DNA from: Ignavibacteriota bacterium | GTDB taxonomy: Bacteria; Bacteroidota; Ignavibacteria; UBA10030 | Direction: 5' to 3' | Length of the DNA stretch: 64,000 bases | Assembly: GCA_963701295.1 (NCBI GenBank) | Contig: OY969585.1 | Coordinates: 3,488,001-3,552,000, forward strand | Shown here: positions 22,247 through 33,765 of the stretch, in pieces | Layout: each line of letters begins with the position of its first letter | Numbering within the stretch: the first letter of the stretch is position 1 | Notes under the pieces: generated by a model | Seen by the model: only the letters and a program-made list of their open reading frames with translations | The model's database searches: none | What the model was told of the DNA's origin: nothing | Made by a program: the position numbers and the translations under genes

Positions 22247-23446
22247 ATGAAAAATACAAATCGACAATTCATTACAGAATGTTCAACAAATCGACTTTTT
22301 TTTCTCATCCTTTCTTGTTCGGGCGGAGCAGGGCATATTCGAGCCGCCGAAGCATTGCACCGTACCGCTTTGTTGACTGGGCTTCCCATACGAACGGGAC
22401 ATTACGATGTACTCGATTTTACTTCGAGACTCTTTAAGCGGTTCTATTCTGAATCATACATTCAAATGGTTAATCGTGCACCAGAATTATGGGGATATCT
22501 CTATCAGCAATCAGAGCGAAAACCTTACGAAAAGAAAGGACTCTTCAAGCGATTTGACCAACTGAATTATAATCGGTACCTGCGAACACTCCGCGAACTT
22601 CGTCCAGACGCTATCATCTGCACACACTTCCTCCCCTACATTTCCGTTTCAAGCGAATTACGCAAGAATAATATTACAGCTCCGGTTTTTGCCGCAACCA
22701 CAGATTTCGATATCCATCAACTTTGGATCGATTCTATTATTGAGCGATTTTTTGTATTCAACAAAGAGTCAGCATGGCAGCTTCAATCGAAGCACGTTCC
22801 AGCAAACAAAATTAAGATAACAGGAATTCCTATTATGCCGGAATTTCAATTTAAAGAAAAGTCCAAGGCAGTGCGTAGAAAACTTGACCTAAATATAAAT
22901 CATTTCACTCTATTGATGCTTTCAGGCGGTTATGGTATCGGTCGAGTAAAAGAGACAGTTGAACAAGTTGCCTCGACATTTAACACTTTTCCAAAAAGGA
23001 AATTCAACTTGCTCATCGTATGCGGGAAAAATGATTCGGCACGTACTGAATTGCAAGCGATGTGTTTTCCAAAGAATGTTGATCCTCGTATTTACGGATT
23101 CGTCGCAAACATCCACGAATTAATGGATGCCTCCGATGTTCTCATCTCAAAAGCAGGCGGACTTACATCTTCCGAAGCGATGGCGAAATCATTACCAATG
23201 CTTATTATCGATCCAATACCAGGTCAGGAGAGCCGTAACACTGATGTTATTGTCGAACATGGTGCCGGTTGGAAGGCAATGAACCTGGCAAATCTCTCTT
23301 ATAAATTGCAAAATATTCTCGAAACACCATCGCTACTTGCAAAAGCACAAACGGCAGCTCGTCATCTCGCTAAACCGAATGCAGCGATAAAAATCCTTAC
23401 GGATGTCTATGATTTTCTATGCCATCAAAAGGAGCGAGGAAGATAA
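22247..23446 (+). CDS. MGDG-synthase/UgtP-like glycosyltransferase (GT28)
   Basis: GGAGHIRAA, ICTHF, TGIPI, SKAGGLTSSEA, IPGQE. Confidence 0.85.
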   Translation: MKNTNRQFITECSTNRLFFLILSCSGGAGHIRAAEALHRTALLTGLPIRTGHYDVLDFTSRLFKRFYSESYIQMVNRAPELWGYLYQQSERKPYEKKGLFKRFDQLNYNRYLRTLRELRPDAIICTHFLPYISVSSELRKNNITAPVFAATTDFDIHQLWIDSIIERFFVFNKESAWQLQSKHVPANKIKITGIPIMPEFQFKEKSKAVRRKLDLNINHFTLLMLSGGYGIGRVKETVEQVASTFNTFPKRKFNLLIVCGKNDSARTELQAMCFPKNVDPRIYGFVANIHELMDASDVLISKAGGLTSSEAMAKSLPMLIIDPIPGQESRNTDVIVEHGAGWKAMNLANLSYKLQNILETPSLLAKAQTAARHLAKPNAAIKILTDVYDFLCHQKERGR

Positions 23447-24241
23447 AAATACTCATCAATGATATAGCAATCAGTTTCATCGAACACGGATCATTACAGG
23501 GGCTACCGGTTGTATTTATCCATGGGTTTCCATTCAGCCACAAGATGTGGGAACCGCAAATGCATGAGCTGTCCGACGACATCCTTGCCATCGCATATGA
23601 TGTGCGCGGTCATGGTTCCAGCGATGTAGGTGCCGGTCAATTCACCATAGAATTGTTCGTCGATGACTTAATCGCCTTGCTCGACCACCTCGGTATAGAA
23701 AAAGCAGTACTCTGCGGTCTTTCCATGGGTGGTTACATTGCACTCCGCGCTATCGAGAGACATCCGAATAGGATCAAAGGATTAGGTACTATGCGATACT
23801 AAAAGCGAATCCGATACAAACGAGGAAAAAATAAAACGCACGAATTCGATAAAAACTGTGAAGTCGGCAGGTATTTCTGTATTTGCCGAGGACTTCGTAA
23901 AAACTGTTTTTTGGACGAAAACATTCGAAAATAATCCGGGAGCTATCGAGTTCATCAAAGACCTCATTCGTGCAAATTCGACCATTGGCATTTGCGGAAC
24001 GTTGCTTGCTCTTGCCTCCCGCACCGACACAACGCAGAATCTTCCTTCCATCAATGTCCCAACATGTATCATCGTCGGAGAGTATGACCTACTGACGCCA
24101 CCTTCCCGTGCGCAAGGAATGCACAAAGCAATCGCCAGGTCGGAATTACACATCCTGTCAAATGCCGGTCATATGAGCAATTTAGAGAACACTAAAGACT
24201 TCAACGAAAACCTTGTTGCTTTTCTGAAGAACCATTGGTGA
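23419..24241 (+). CDS. Alpha/beta hydrolase; frameshift near 23787
   Basis: HGFP, GLSMGG nucleophile, GEYD, AGHMSNLE; the two ORFs join on removing one G (GL-VLCD). Start uncertain. Confidence 0.8.
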
Positions 24242-24602
24242 ATAAGATCTGGAAATCTGTTATTGATATTACAGATTTAGGAATAAAAGATATACTTCAT
24301 ACGTACCTCTTTTACCTCTTCCTTTTTCCTCTTACCTTGTTTTATGACATTCAAACAGCTTCATCAGACGACTCCTAAGAGATTACTTATGTTTGGGCAT
24401 AGAGTTGAGCGCTGTTTAAGTGAAAAAATCACAGCGCCTGGGGCTCATTTCATCCAAGCCAACAAAACACCTTCACTAGAAGAATTACCGATCCTATATT
24501 TGATGCTATCTTTCATCGTCCATTTCACTAAATTGGAAACAAATAGAATCAACTCCTGGTCTGTGTATACTACACACAAAGAAGCAAACGTGAATGCAAG
24601 GT

Positions 24603-24631
24603 TTGACCTTGTCTATTCGTTCACCTATATT
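24603..24631 (+). promoter_or_regulatory. Putative sigma70 promoter for hemB-hemL
   Basis: TTGACC-N17-TATATT. Confidence 0.5.
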
Positions 24632-24675
24632 ATGACAGATATACACACGATAGTTTTAGAAAAGATGGTGCCGTT

Positions 24676-25698
24676 ATGAATGAATCAAAACTTTCCATCG
24701 GCTATTCTCACGAAACATCGGCAGAACCATTCCGCCGCCTCCGCCGCACACGGATGACAGAGACACTTCGCTCGCTAGTACGTGAGACGGAGCTTTCGCT
24801 CAACGACTTCATTCTTCCGTTATTTGTAGTTCCTGGAAGAAAATTTCAAAAAGAAGTTAATTCCATGCCGGGAGTCTTTCAACTCTCTGTAGACGAGCTG
24901 GTTCGAGAATGTGAAGTAGTAAAAGCACTTGGCATTCCGGCAGTGATCCTGTTTGGCATTCCTGAGCACAAAGACGAAATGGGCAGCGATGCCTACAATG
25001 AGCACGGAATCATCCAAACGGCTGTACGGGCACTCAAGAAGGAAATCCCCGATCTGGTTGTCGTTACAGATGTCTGTTTATGTGAATACACTTCTCATGG
25101 TCACTGCGGCATTGTTCAGGGCAATGAGATTGTCAACGACCCATCTATCGAGCTGCTGGCAAAAGAAGCCCTGACACATGCACAGGCCGGGGCAGATATT
25201 ATTGCACCATCAGACATGTTTGATGGCCGAGTGAAAGCAATCCGGGATATTTTGGACGCAAACAAATATCTCAATATCCCGATTATGTCATACTCGGCAA
25301 AATATGCGTCCGGCTTTTATGGACCATTTCGTGATGCTGCAGAGAGCACACCAAAGTTCGGCGACCGCCGATCACACCAGATGGATCCAGCTAACAGCGA
25401 TGAAGCGCTTCACGAAGTGGAGCAAGACATCATCGAGGGCGCTGATATCGTCATGATAAAGCCAGCATTGCCCTACCTCGATGTCATCCGTCGCGTCAAG
25501 GATCGGTTTCAGATGCCAACGGCGGCGTACAACGTCAGTGGTGAGTACTCTATGATCAAAGCGGCAGGCCGCAATGGCTGGATTGACGAATCGCGAGTTA
25601 TGATGGAAGTGCTGACGAGTATCAAGCGCGCAGGTGCAGATATGATTCTTACTTACTTTGCAAAGGATGCAGCAAAATTGTTAAAAGAAAAAATGTAA
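24676..25698 (+). CDS. hemB: Porphobilinogen synthase
   Basis: [41 protein letters not shown]. Confidence 0.97.
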   Translation: MNESKLSIGYSHETSAEPFRRLRRTRMTETLRSLVRETELSLNDFILPLFVVPGRKFQKEVNSMPGVFQLSVDELVRECEVVKALGIPAVILFGIPEHKDEMGSDAYNEHGIIQTAVRALKKEIPDLVVVTDVCLCEYTSHGHCGIVQGNEIVNDPSIELLAKEALTHAQAGADIIAPSDMFDGRVKAIRDILDANKYLNIPIMSYSAKYASGFYGPFRDAAESTPKFGDRRSHQMDPANSDEALHEVEQDIIEGADIVMIKPALPYLDVIRRVKDRFQMPTAAYNVSGEYSMIKAAGRNGWIDESRVMMEVLTSIKRAGADMILTYFAKDAAKLLKEKM

Positions 25699-25716
25699 TT
25701 GAAGAAGAGGTATATA

Positions 25717-27024
25717 ATGCCACAGCGGATTTTAAGACGCCGATTCAAATCGACGAAGTCCAATAAACTTTTTATTAAAGCACAAGCCATTATTCCCGGC
25801 GGCGTGAATTCTCCTGTGCGAGCTTTCAAGGCGGTTGGACGTCCACCCATCTTTATAAAACGTGCCAGCGCGGCGTTCATATGGGATGAAGACAGAAACA
25901 AATACATCGACTATGTAGGGTCGTGGGGGCCAATGATTCTCGGTCACACAAATCCTGCTATTACCAAAGCCATACGGGAAGCATCAAAGCGTGGAACCAG
26001 CTTTGGCGCACCGACAGGTCTTGAGGTCAAGATGGCAGAACTCATCACCAAACTCGTTCCATCTATTGAGATGGTTCGTATGGTGAACTCCGGCACAGAA
26101 GCAACGATGAGTGCTATTCGTTTAGCGCGCGCTTATACGGGCAAAGATATGATCATCAAGTTCGAAGGATGCTACCACGGTCATGGTGATTCTTTTCTCA
26201 TCAAAGCTGGCTCAGGTGCAATGACATTGGGTGTTCCTGACAGTCCTGGCATTCCTTCTACGATTGCCCTGAATACATTGACGGCAAGGTACAACGACCT
26301 CACATCTGTACGGACAATAATGGAACAAAACAAAGATCAGATTGCCGCCGTCATTGTAGAACCAATTGCCGGCAATATGGGATGCGTGCCTCCCATGGAT
26401 GGATTTCTGCAAGGACTGCGCACTCTATGCGACGAATTCAAGGTACTGCTTATTTTTGATGAAGTAATGACCGGTTTTCGCGTTGCATTAGGCGGAGCAC
26501 AAGCACTCTATGATGTACGGCCTGATCTGACGACACTTGGAAAAATTATCGGAGGCGGACTTCCCGCTGGTGCCTACGGCGGGAAAAAAGAAATTATGCA
26601 GATGGTTGCCCCGGCAGGGCCAATGTATCAAGCGGGCACACTTTCCGGCAATCCTCTTGCAATGGCGGCAGGATTTACGATGCTGCAGATTCTCCATGCC
26701 AACAAGATGATCTACAAACAATTGGAACAACGATCAGCTCAGCTTGAGGAAGGGATACGAGATAATCTTAACAAGCTTGGTCTTAAACATACATTTAACC
26801 GTGTTGGTTCGATGTGTACACTCTTCTTCACCTCAAAGCCCGTCAGTGATTATAACTCGGCAAAAACCTCCGACACAGCAAAATTCTCTCTGTATTTTAA
26901 CTTGATGTTAGAACAAGGAATTTATCTTCCACCTTCGCAGTTTGAAGCAGCATTTATTTCCACTGCTCATTCAGAGAGAATAATCGAGAAGACAATTAAG
27001 GCAAATTACAAAGCGTTGCGTTGA
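25717..27024 (+). CDS. hemL: Glutamate-1-semialdehyde 2,1-aminomutase
   Basis: [44 protein letters not shown]. Confidence 0.97.
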   Translation: MPQRILRRRFKSTKSNKLFIKAQAIIPGGVNSPVRAFKAVGRPPIFIKRASAAFIWDEDRNKYIDYVGSWGPMILGHTNPAITKAIREASKRGTSFGAPTGLEVKMAELITKLVPSIEMVRMVNSGTEATMSAIRLARAYTGKDMIIKFEGCYHGHGDSFLIKAGSGAMTLGVPDSPGIPSTIALNTLTARYNDLTSVRTIMEQNKDQIAAVIVEPIAGNMGCVPPMDGFLQGLRTLCDEFKVLLIFDEVMTGFRVALGGAQALYDVRPDLTTLGKIIGGGLPAGAYGGKKEIMQMVAPAGPMYQAGTLSGNPLAMAAGFTMLQILHANKMIYKQLEQRSAQLEEGIRDNLNKLGLKHTFNRVGSMCTLFFTSKPVSDYNSAKTSDTAKFSLYFNLMLEQGIYLPPSQFEAAFISTAHSERIIEKTIKANYKALR

Positions 27025-27222
27025 ACCGACCGTTGAATTGATATATTTTAGAGTTCAATGTGAATCTACAATGGCAACCGGAAAACGGTTTGTTTATCGT
27101 TGGTTGAGAATCTGAGATGATCGCTATCTTTCCAAATCTGATTCCCTTATTTTAAATCGAACAAAATCGAAATCGTTACAATCAGCGTAAATACCAGCAA
27201 AGGGCTGCATCAGATAAAAAAC

Positions 27223-27260
27223 AAAAGCTCCGACTAAGAATTCCTCAATCGGAGCTTTTT
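27223..27260. terminator. Bidirectional intrinsic terminator between convergent genes
   Basis: AAAAGCTCCGA...TCGGAGCTTTT inverted repeat flanked by A and T runs. Confidence 0.75.
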
Positions 27261-27284
27261 CGTTTTTTTCTAAAAATAATTATA

Positions 27285-29789
27285 TCACTGCACAGTCCCG
27301 CTCGCCAAAACCCATGTGAATATACCATACACAGGATGATTGACAGTGACGGTAAGTATTGATTGCAATGGTGGGGCAGTAACAGTAGTGGGATCAGCAT
27401 CCTGAACAACGAAGGTAAAAACAGTGCTTCCTTCTCCTTCGTCAAATGTATCGCGCATTGTCCAGCTAGTGTATGCACTAGGCTCAGTGCTTAGACCGGT
27501 ACCAGAGATGCTAATTATTGTTCCAGGGGACATTGGATGTCCGTATTTATCGGCGATTGTGATTGACCAAGGTCCTGCGGATTCAGCGTTGCCAATAGTA
27601 TATGTCGTTGGACCAGTTACATTGGAAAGGATCGGTCTCCCTGTCCATAACATAAGAACAGAATCCGTAACCCATGCTGCAGATTGTCCTAACGTACGGG
27701 CGTACACCCATGACCAACCAGGTCCCTGGGGCAAAGCATTGGCACCTTCTGGAGATGGATTACCAGACCACAAAGTCTGATTAACAAATCCATCAATATC
27801 CGTCACACCAGCGCTGCTTGCACTACTCTGACCTGTTCCGATGGTGCCATGCATTGTATTGAAATAGACCGCAGTGCCAAGAAGAACAGGATTGCTATAT
27901 TTATCAGCAACTTGGACAGTCATAGTATAAGGATAAAATGCCGTTTCAAGTCCAGGAAAGTTATAATATTTTGATGCTAATGTGAAATGACGCTGATCTG
28001 GAAATCCTGCATGAACTGATATCTTAACAGGTTGAGACGTAACAAGTTTTCCTCCACCAAGATCTATCTGAGAATACACTTGCACAACTCCTGCTTGAGT
28101 GCCGCTGCGAACAGAAACACGTAATTGTGCGTTATCATCCGTACTATCAGAAGTTGAAATCAAAGAAGGAGACGTGCCGACATTCGTAAATGTATTTGGG
28201 AAAAACTGCAGAGAAAATTGTGCGAACGCCCGGGGATTTGATCCAATCAATATCCCCAGAGAATCGCGCACTTCATATGTAATGACTGAATTCTCTACAG
28301 AGCCTGTTCCAGTAACATAAATATCTGATGTTGAGACACTCACAAATGCAATTTGTGCAGGCAGCTTTTCTGATGGCCGAGTCACGGCGATCGCTTGTGG
28401 AGGTTGCAAAGTGCCATAAATAACTTTTGATGTTGTCCCATTGGGGCCGCTCACCATCAATTGAAGAGTGAACGGTCCGCTGATACCACCACCAGGTGTA
28501 CCATCGTCAACCCGTATTTTATAGGATGTTAGGGACGTGTTCCGTGTATCCGGTGTTGAGGCACCCACATCGCCACTAAGTACTACTCCACTCCCTGCAA
28601 GCCCTCCAGTAATAACCGAGATTTTGTTGCCGACTGCAAGAGGATTGCCATTAGCATCATTGATAGTGAGATTAAGCGTCTGTCCGCTGCCATCCAATAT
28701 ATTAATAGAATCGTTTGGAACATTGGTTACGCTAATTCGTGGGGTCCCTGAAAATGTAACTACGGTTTGCTTACTGAAAGATCCGTTCGCTTTATTCACG
28801 GTCACTTTTATAGTATCGATTCCGGCAATTGCTGGTTTTCCTCCTCCATAGATGCTGACATTCGCCTGTCCTGTTACATCTGTCACACCTATTGCGCCAA
28901 TCGAACCGCCGGTGGTTTCGAAATAAGCTAAATTCCCGGGCTGAACCGGATTACCATACTGATCAACCAACATTATTGAGACTGTTCCCATTGATTTTGC
29001 AGAATCACCAATACCGGGGAAGTTTGTCGAGCTCGTCCACATCGTTGAACGAACGGAATCCGGCAAACCGCCGGAGATTGTCAATTGAGCCGGTGAAGAA
29101 CTAATTGTTTTTCCAAGCACGGTTGCAGAAGCAACTATCTGTAACACACGTGATTTCGTACCTGATGTTACCACGGTGGAGGCAAGTCCACTAGCATTTG
29201 TCATGATGCTGTCTGGCAATAGAAATTCCCCCCCAACCGAGCCTCCGATGATCATGAATCGAACCATTACCGCCTTTTGTAATGTAAGTGCGTAACCAAG
29301 TGAATCCAGAACGGAAAATGTAAGTAAAGCTTTCTCTGTCCCTCCAGCATTCCGGACGGAAAGTGATTTGTCACTTTGAACTATTAAATTGATGCTGGCC
29401 GCTTGTCCAGTAGCGCCTGGAGAAGTTGGACTATTAACATATTGTTTCAAATGAATAGTAACAGTTTGATTCTTCCCTGCGTCAACTTCTATGGTTGTAG
29501 TGTCATTAATGTATCCACCCGCTGATGTTACCAATGTTGTAGAATAATTCGAGCTAAGGACACCCAAGGAAAGAGTAAAAGTTCCTACACTATCTGTATA
29601 GGCCGTTGCCCCAATTTTCCCGAGATCTTCAACTTTAGCACCTTGAATACGTGTGGTATCTGATGCCCGTAGTACCGTCCCTGTGATCGATGACGTAGGA
29701 TTTACTGGTTCTGTGGAATTTTCCTTGCATCCTGCAACCATCAGTAATATAACAATAATGACATAAAGTAAATTAGCACGAAAACTCAT
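27285..29789 (-). CDS. Large lipoprotein with a carboxypeptidase-regulatory-like domain and invasin/intimin-type Ig (Big_1) repeats
   Basis: Lipobox VAGC; repeated D(Q/K)YGNPV..G..VYFxT and T(D/N)..G.A motifs; Thr/Ser/Gly-rich. Confidence 0.7.
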   Translation of the reverse strand: MSFRANLLYVIIVILLMVAGCKENSTEPVNPTSSITGTVLRASDTTRIQGAKVEDLGKIGATAYTDSVGTFTLSLGVLSSNYSTTLVTSAGGYINDTTTIEVDAGKNQTVTIHLKQYVNSPTSPGATGQAASINLIVQSDKSLSVRNAGGTEKALLTFSVLDSLGYALTLQKAVMVRFMIIGGSVGGEFLLPDSIMTNASGLASTVVTSGTKSRVLQIVASATVLGKTISSSPAQLTISGGLPDSVRSTMWTSSTNFPGIGDSAKSMGTVSIMLVDQYGNPVQPGNLAYFETTGGSIGAIGVTDVTGQANVSIYGGGKPAIAGIDTIKVTVNKANGSFSKQTVVTFSGTPRISVTNVPNDSINILDGSGQTLNLTINDANGNPLAVGNKISVITGGLAGSGVVLSGDVGASTPDTRNTSLTSYKIRVDDGTPGGGISGPFTLQLMVSGPNGTTSKVIYGTLQPPQAIAVTRPSEKLPAQIAFVSVSTSDIYVTGTGSVENSVITYEVRDSLGILIGSNPRAFAQFSLQFFPNTFTNVGTSPSLISTSDSTDDNAQLRVSVRSGTQAGVVQVYSQIDLGGGKLVTSQPVKISVHAGFPDQRHFTLASKYYNFPGLETAFYPYTMTVQVADKYSNPVLLGTAVYFNTMHGTIGTGQSSASSAGVTDIDGFVNQTLWSGNPSPEGANALPQGPGWSWVYARTLGQSAAWVTDSVLMLWTGRPILSNVTGPTTYTIGNAESAGPWSITIADKYGHPMSPGTIISISGTGLSTEPSAYTSWTMRDTFDEGEGSTVFTFVVQDADPTTVTAPPLQSILTVTVNHPVYGIFTWVLASGTVQ

Positions 29790-29841
29790 AAAAAACTCCT
29801 CAGGAAAGGATCCTTGTTTTTTGAAAAATCAAGTGTTGAGC

Positions 29842-31200
29842 TCATTTCTCTGTTCTGCGTTTGTTGAGATCTTTTTCCATCTCTTCCGTTGATTCCTTGA
29901 TGACATTTTTTCCTGTCTGCGGTTTTATCACACGGTCTTCCAACGATGGGAGTATTTCTGCTTTGAGAAGAACAATAAGTTCCCGTTTCACAATGTTTTT
30001 TGAATCATACCCAAAGATGTAGCGGAGCCCAAATACCCACCACGGTAAATCTTTCAGTAAAGGCACTCCCTGTCGAACAATTGTCTCCGTATTGGAATAC
30101 ATCCCACCGATATAACTTTCCTCACCGTTCAGGAGTGTCAAAGAACCTGATGTAGAAGTTTTATGAATAACAGTTGTCACTGTGCTCGCTTCAAAAGTAC
30201 TTTTTTCAACTTTGTACTGAATATCTATAAATTCCATCTCGCCAACTTTGAAAATCCTCGGTTTAATGTTAAGAATTGTTCCCGTTGGATAAAACTTTTG
30301 GACCGTGTTTCCAGAAAAGTCTTTTTCTAATACAGAGAAATCATCTCCAACTTGGAGTACGCTCGTTAAACCTGAACGGACTGGAATCTTAGAATTTGAA
30401 ATCACTTCGCCAATCTGATCGGCTTCAAACATCTTGAGTGCTGCATCGATGCTCACTCCAAGGTTATTCCCTGTTGGATCTACAGTTACGCTCGTGAATT
30501 CATTTCCGAGTCTACTGGTCGTAGCTGCTGAAGATACGCCTGTAGATGTGCTTGTAACTAATGGATTAGTTGCACCGAAAATATTCACTCCGAGATTCAA
30601 ATTACTTCCGCGGAAAATGGAAAAATCCATCCCATCCTCTAATAACTTTGTTCTATTCAAATCAAAGAACACACATGAGATGGAAATATCGCGCATTTTG
30701 GAATAATACTCGCTGGAATCGACAACCACGGCAACCTGCGGAGGCATAATCGTAGGGACAGAGGTTGATGATGGGGTTTGGGAAATATCTCTAGAAGGAC
30801 CTTCTTTCTGTGCCTGTTCACCTTGCTTTTTCCCGATTTCTTCGAATGAAGCAATTTCCATGTACTCCGGATAGTCGATGTACCACAGTTGGTTACTCCT
30901 GAGAATAAGTTCTAATGCATCCTTCCAGTACATCGATTCAATGTTAATCCCAATGGTTTTATCTTTCCCTTGCAAGGGTGATCGATCAATAATCAACCTT
31001 CCATCGAGTTTTTTGCTCAATTCTCCGAGCGATTGTATTGCTTTTGTATATGGGACGTCGGATTTAAATGAAACCAGTTCGTCCTGATTGACAACTTTTC
31101 CCTTTGCCTTGCGTTCAATCGATTGTTCAGACTGTGCTTCCACAAGATGTGCAATCGCGACGGTCATCAGAAAAAGAAATAATAAAGAGCGTACTCTCAT
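29842..31200 (-). CDS. pilQ: Secretin (PilQ-like)
   Basis: C-terminal secretin motifs GVPLLKDLP and RELIVLL; pilus cluster context. Confidence 0.8.
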   Translation of the reverse strand: MRVRSLLFLFLMTVAIAHLVEAQSEQSIERKAKGKVVNQDELVSFKSDVPYTKAIQSLGELSKKLDGRLIIDRSPLQGKDKTIGINIESMYWKDALELILRSNQLWYIDYPEYMEIASFEEIGKKQGEQAQKEGPSRDISQTPSSTSVPTIMPPQVAVVVDSSEYYSKMRDISISCVFFDLNRTKLLEDGMDFSIFRGSNLNLGVNIFGATNPLVTSTSTGVSSAATTSRLGNEFTSVTVDPTGNNLGVSIDAALKMFEADQIGEVISNSKIPVRSGLTSVLQVGDDFSVLEKDFSGNTVQKFYPTGTILNIKPRIFKVGEMEFIDIQYKVEKSTFEASTVTTVIHKTSTSGSLTLLNGEESYIGGMYSNTETIVRQGVPLLKDLPWWVFGLRYIFGYDSKNIVKRELIVLLKAEILPSLEDRVIKPQTGKNVIKESTEEMEKDLNKRRTEK

Positions 31201-31202
31201 AG

Positions 31203-32093
31203 TTACCTCGTTTGTTTATCAAAAATTATTTTCTTTGTTAGTTTTCGGGTAATTCCACCTTCGTCAAGAGTAAACTCCACAGCGCTTTCTGCTGGACTGA
31301 CGCGTGTAACATTTCCGCGCCACACCTTATCTCCAAGATGCAAAACGATAAGCGCATTATTTGCAAGCACAAATGCTTTTCCCGGCAGGACTGCTTTCAC
31401 CTCCAATATATCTGCATTCACTTCACCAACAGGAGCCTCCGTAGAGAGAGTTTGAGTAATCATATTCTGGAAAGGATCGTATGGAGACACAATCATCGTC
31501 AGAGACTTAGCTGCTAATGATGTGCCAAGTTCAGGAATATTTCGAACAAAAAATGCGTGAATTTCCATATCAAATGCAATCCACTTGGTGACATCTTTTG
31601 TATCCGGATCAATTGCTTCTTTTTGTTCCAGCTTCATTGAAGAAATTTTATACAATCGTTGTCCGTTTTCGAGAAAGTACACGAACTTAAAAAGATTCTC
31701 GAATTGTGCCTCGCCAAGATCCAACTTATAGGCGTTGTACCCCCAGCTTATTTTTTCACTCGTTCCTAAAAATTTCATGTCAAATTTCAAGAACCCGGCT
31801 TCATCGATACCTTGACTCATATACTCATACGTTTGTGAAGAAATATCAAATTGAGGTATCTCCTTACTTCGAGAATCGTATCGCCGCTTTACTTCCTGAT
31901 ATTGAGTTGTTAAACGTTGAACCTCATCCGTCAACCCCGGCAGATCCTCTAACTCCTTGCTGATCGCTTGAACTTCTTTTTCGATTTTTTTTAACTGACG
32001 TGGCTGCCACCACCCCCACCATCCCACTCCTGCTACTACAAAAACAAGAAAGACAGCAAAAAGAACAATTGTATTTCTAAGTTTATTGGTCAC
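31203..32093 (-). CDS. PilO-like alignment protein (possible PilP-like C-terminus)
   Basis: N-terminal TM, coiled coil, FENLFKFVYFLEN...RLYKI; YDPF motif later. Confidence 0.6.
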   Translation of the reverse strand: MTNKLRNTIVLFAVFLVFVVAGVGWWGWWQPRQLKKIEKEVQAISKELEDLPGLTDEVQRLTTQYQEVKRRYDSRSKEIPQFDISSQTYEYMSQGIDEAGFLKFDMKFLGTSEKISWGYNAYKLDLGEAQFENLFKFVYFLENGQRLYKISSMKLEQKEAIDPDTKDVTKWIAFDMEIHAFFVRNIPELGTSLAAKSLTMIVSPYDPFQNMITQTLSTEAPVGEVNADILEVKAVLPGKAFVLANNALIVLHLGDKVWRGNVTRVSPAESAVEFTLDEGGITRKLTKKIIFDKQTR

Positions 32094-32108
32094 GGTTCTC
32101 TCGCCCCC

Positions 32109-33710
32109 TTATCTTGTACCAAAATTGGGTTCGGGAATATCATATTTATCAACCTTTTCAATAACAATGTCAAATTCATATAATATTTTTTTACGTATTG
32201 TGATGGTGCGTACCTCCCTCAACGTCGCTGTTTCAAAGATACTTGCAATGCGCGGTATGCGTGCGCGATAGATGGCCCTACCTGAGATAATGATATTCTG
32301 CGAATTTCTGTCATCTGGTCTCAAACTGTAAATCCACAGGGAATTCAGATCCTCTATACTATTTGCAAGATAATGTAGAATTCGGCTCCATCGATCACTC
32401 CCCGGAGCGATAGAATCATAGACACTGGTTGCATTACTATAGCGGTTAATATCCTCAGTTAATGCCGCTCTTCGCTGACGAAAAACATCCAGTTCGCCTA
32501 GTTTTTGCCGCTTCTGCATGAGCTCCCCTTTAGCTCGTCTGATTTCAGCTTCCCGCCCTGTAATTTGAACAACGAAGAATGGAATCGTCAGACTTACAAG
32601 AATGGCCACTGCCCAGCCATGCCAAGCCAACGCTAATGTCCGCTGACCTTCCAGAACAAAATGCGGAACGAGGTTGATATTATAAAAACCGGGAAGGGTG
32701 GGTTGAAGTGTGCGCCATGCTGTTATGATCGGAATGACATATTCTGACACCGCTTCACCAATAGAGCCCTCGAATTCACCAATATCGAGAGTAGGGGCTT
32801 TCATATATTCCACAAGAGCACTTGAGAATTGCGGAGCGATTGCTTCTAATAAATTCACTTTATGGCTTTCACCAGCCAGTAAAATTCGATCAATGCGCGT
32901 CAATGCAATATTATCTTGCTCGAGTAAAATGCGGCTGTAGATAGTGTTCTCAATATTGGGCGATTCATATCCTTCACTAATGATAGGGGCAAAGTGAAGA
33001 TAGTTTTGACCCTGCATAAAAATCAAACGGCTAAAATCATGACCTACATAGATAAGCACGGAAACTTCTTCTTCTTGAGGTTCGTACTGTGTGCGCACCA
33101 TTTCCATCAACACTGCATCTGCACTGTCTAACAGTTTGATATTAGGAACACGCCCACCCATAAACGGCTTCACTTCCATAAGGAGATCATAGATATGCAT
33201 ACCATCTTCACGGATAAGTGAGAGCAACCCGCCTGATGCCGTGGGGACAACATCAATCGCATCTATCCCTGGAGCAGAGGCACGCATCATTGAAAGTTCT
33301 TGAGAGATCTTTTTCTTAAGCTTATCTCCTTTTAGCCCAAAGTCTCCCTCAAACTCTTGATAGGTCACAGCCGGTTCAGAAATAGCATAGGAAAGTAAAT
33401 ATTTCCTTGGAGAGCCAACTTCGTTTAATAGGCCAAGTAATACGGATGCATTTGTGTTGCCTTCTTCGCTTGAAGATTCAAGCGCTCCAGCAGACGAGAA
33501 AGAATCTCCCGATGAAATATCGGCAAATGATGGGCCTTCGCCAGCTGCCGCAATGGCTTGCTTTTCTTCAAATTTTCGCACTAAAGCAACGGTTTTAAAA
33601 TCCCTTAGCGTTACTTTATTTCCTTTGGCAGAAAGGCGTACAAACTTAAGTTCTAGTCCGTCCACAAATAAAGCAACTGCTGTTTTTCCTTCTCCTGCTT
33701 TAATAGGCAT
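32109..33710 (-). CDS. PilM-PilN-like fusion
   Basis: Actin-like N region (ILLAGE), INLVP motif, TM, coiled coil, PilN-like C-terminus. Confidence 0.65.
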   Translation of the reverse strand: MPIKAGEGKTAVALFVDGLELKFVRLSAKGNKVTLRDFKTVALVRKFEEKQAIAAAGEGPSFADISSGDSFSSAGALESSSEEGNTNASVLLGLLNEVGSPRKYLLSYAISEPAVTYQEFEGDFGLKGDKLKKKISQELSMMRASAPGIDAIDVVPTASGGLLSLIREDGMHIYDLLMEVKPFMGGRVPNIKLLDSADAVLMEMVRTQYEPQEEEVSVLIYVGHDFSRLIFMQGQNYLHFAPIISEGYESPNIENTIYSRILLEQDNIALTRIDRILLAGESHKVNLLEAIAPQFSSALVEYMKAPTLDIGEFEGSIGEAVSEYVIPIITAWRTLQPTLPGFYNINLVPHFVLEGQRTLALAWHGWAVAILVSLTIPFFVVQITGREAEIRRAKGELMQKRQKLGELDVFRQRRAALTEDINRYSNATSVYDSIAPGSDRWSRILHYLANSIEDLNSLWIYSLRPDDRNSQNIIISGRAIYRARIPRIASIFETATLREVRTITIRKKILYEFDIVIEKVDKYDIPEPNFGTR

Positions 33711-33765
33711 GAGTTGGTATTTCCTCGCTCGTTAATATTTAGAAAATTGTCATAGGCTACAAGAC

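Noticed and set aside
24344-24679. 111-aa ORF upstream of hemB
   Set aside because: No recognisable domain and it overlaps the predicted hemB promoter; likely spurious.
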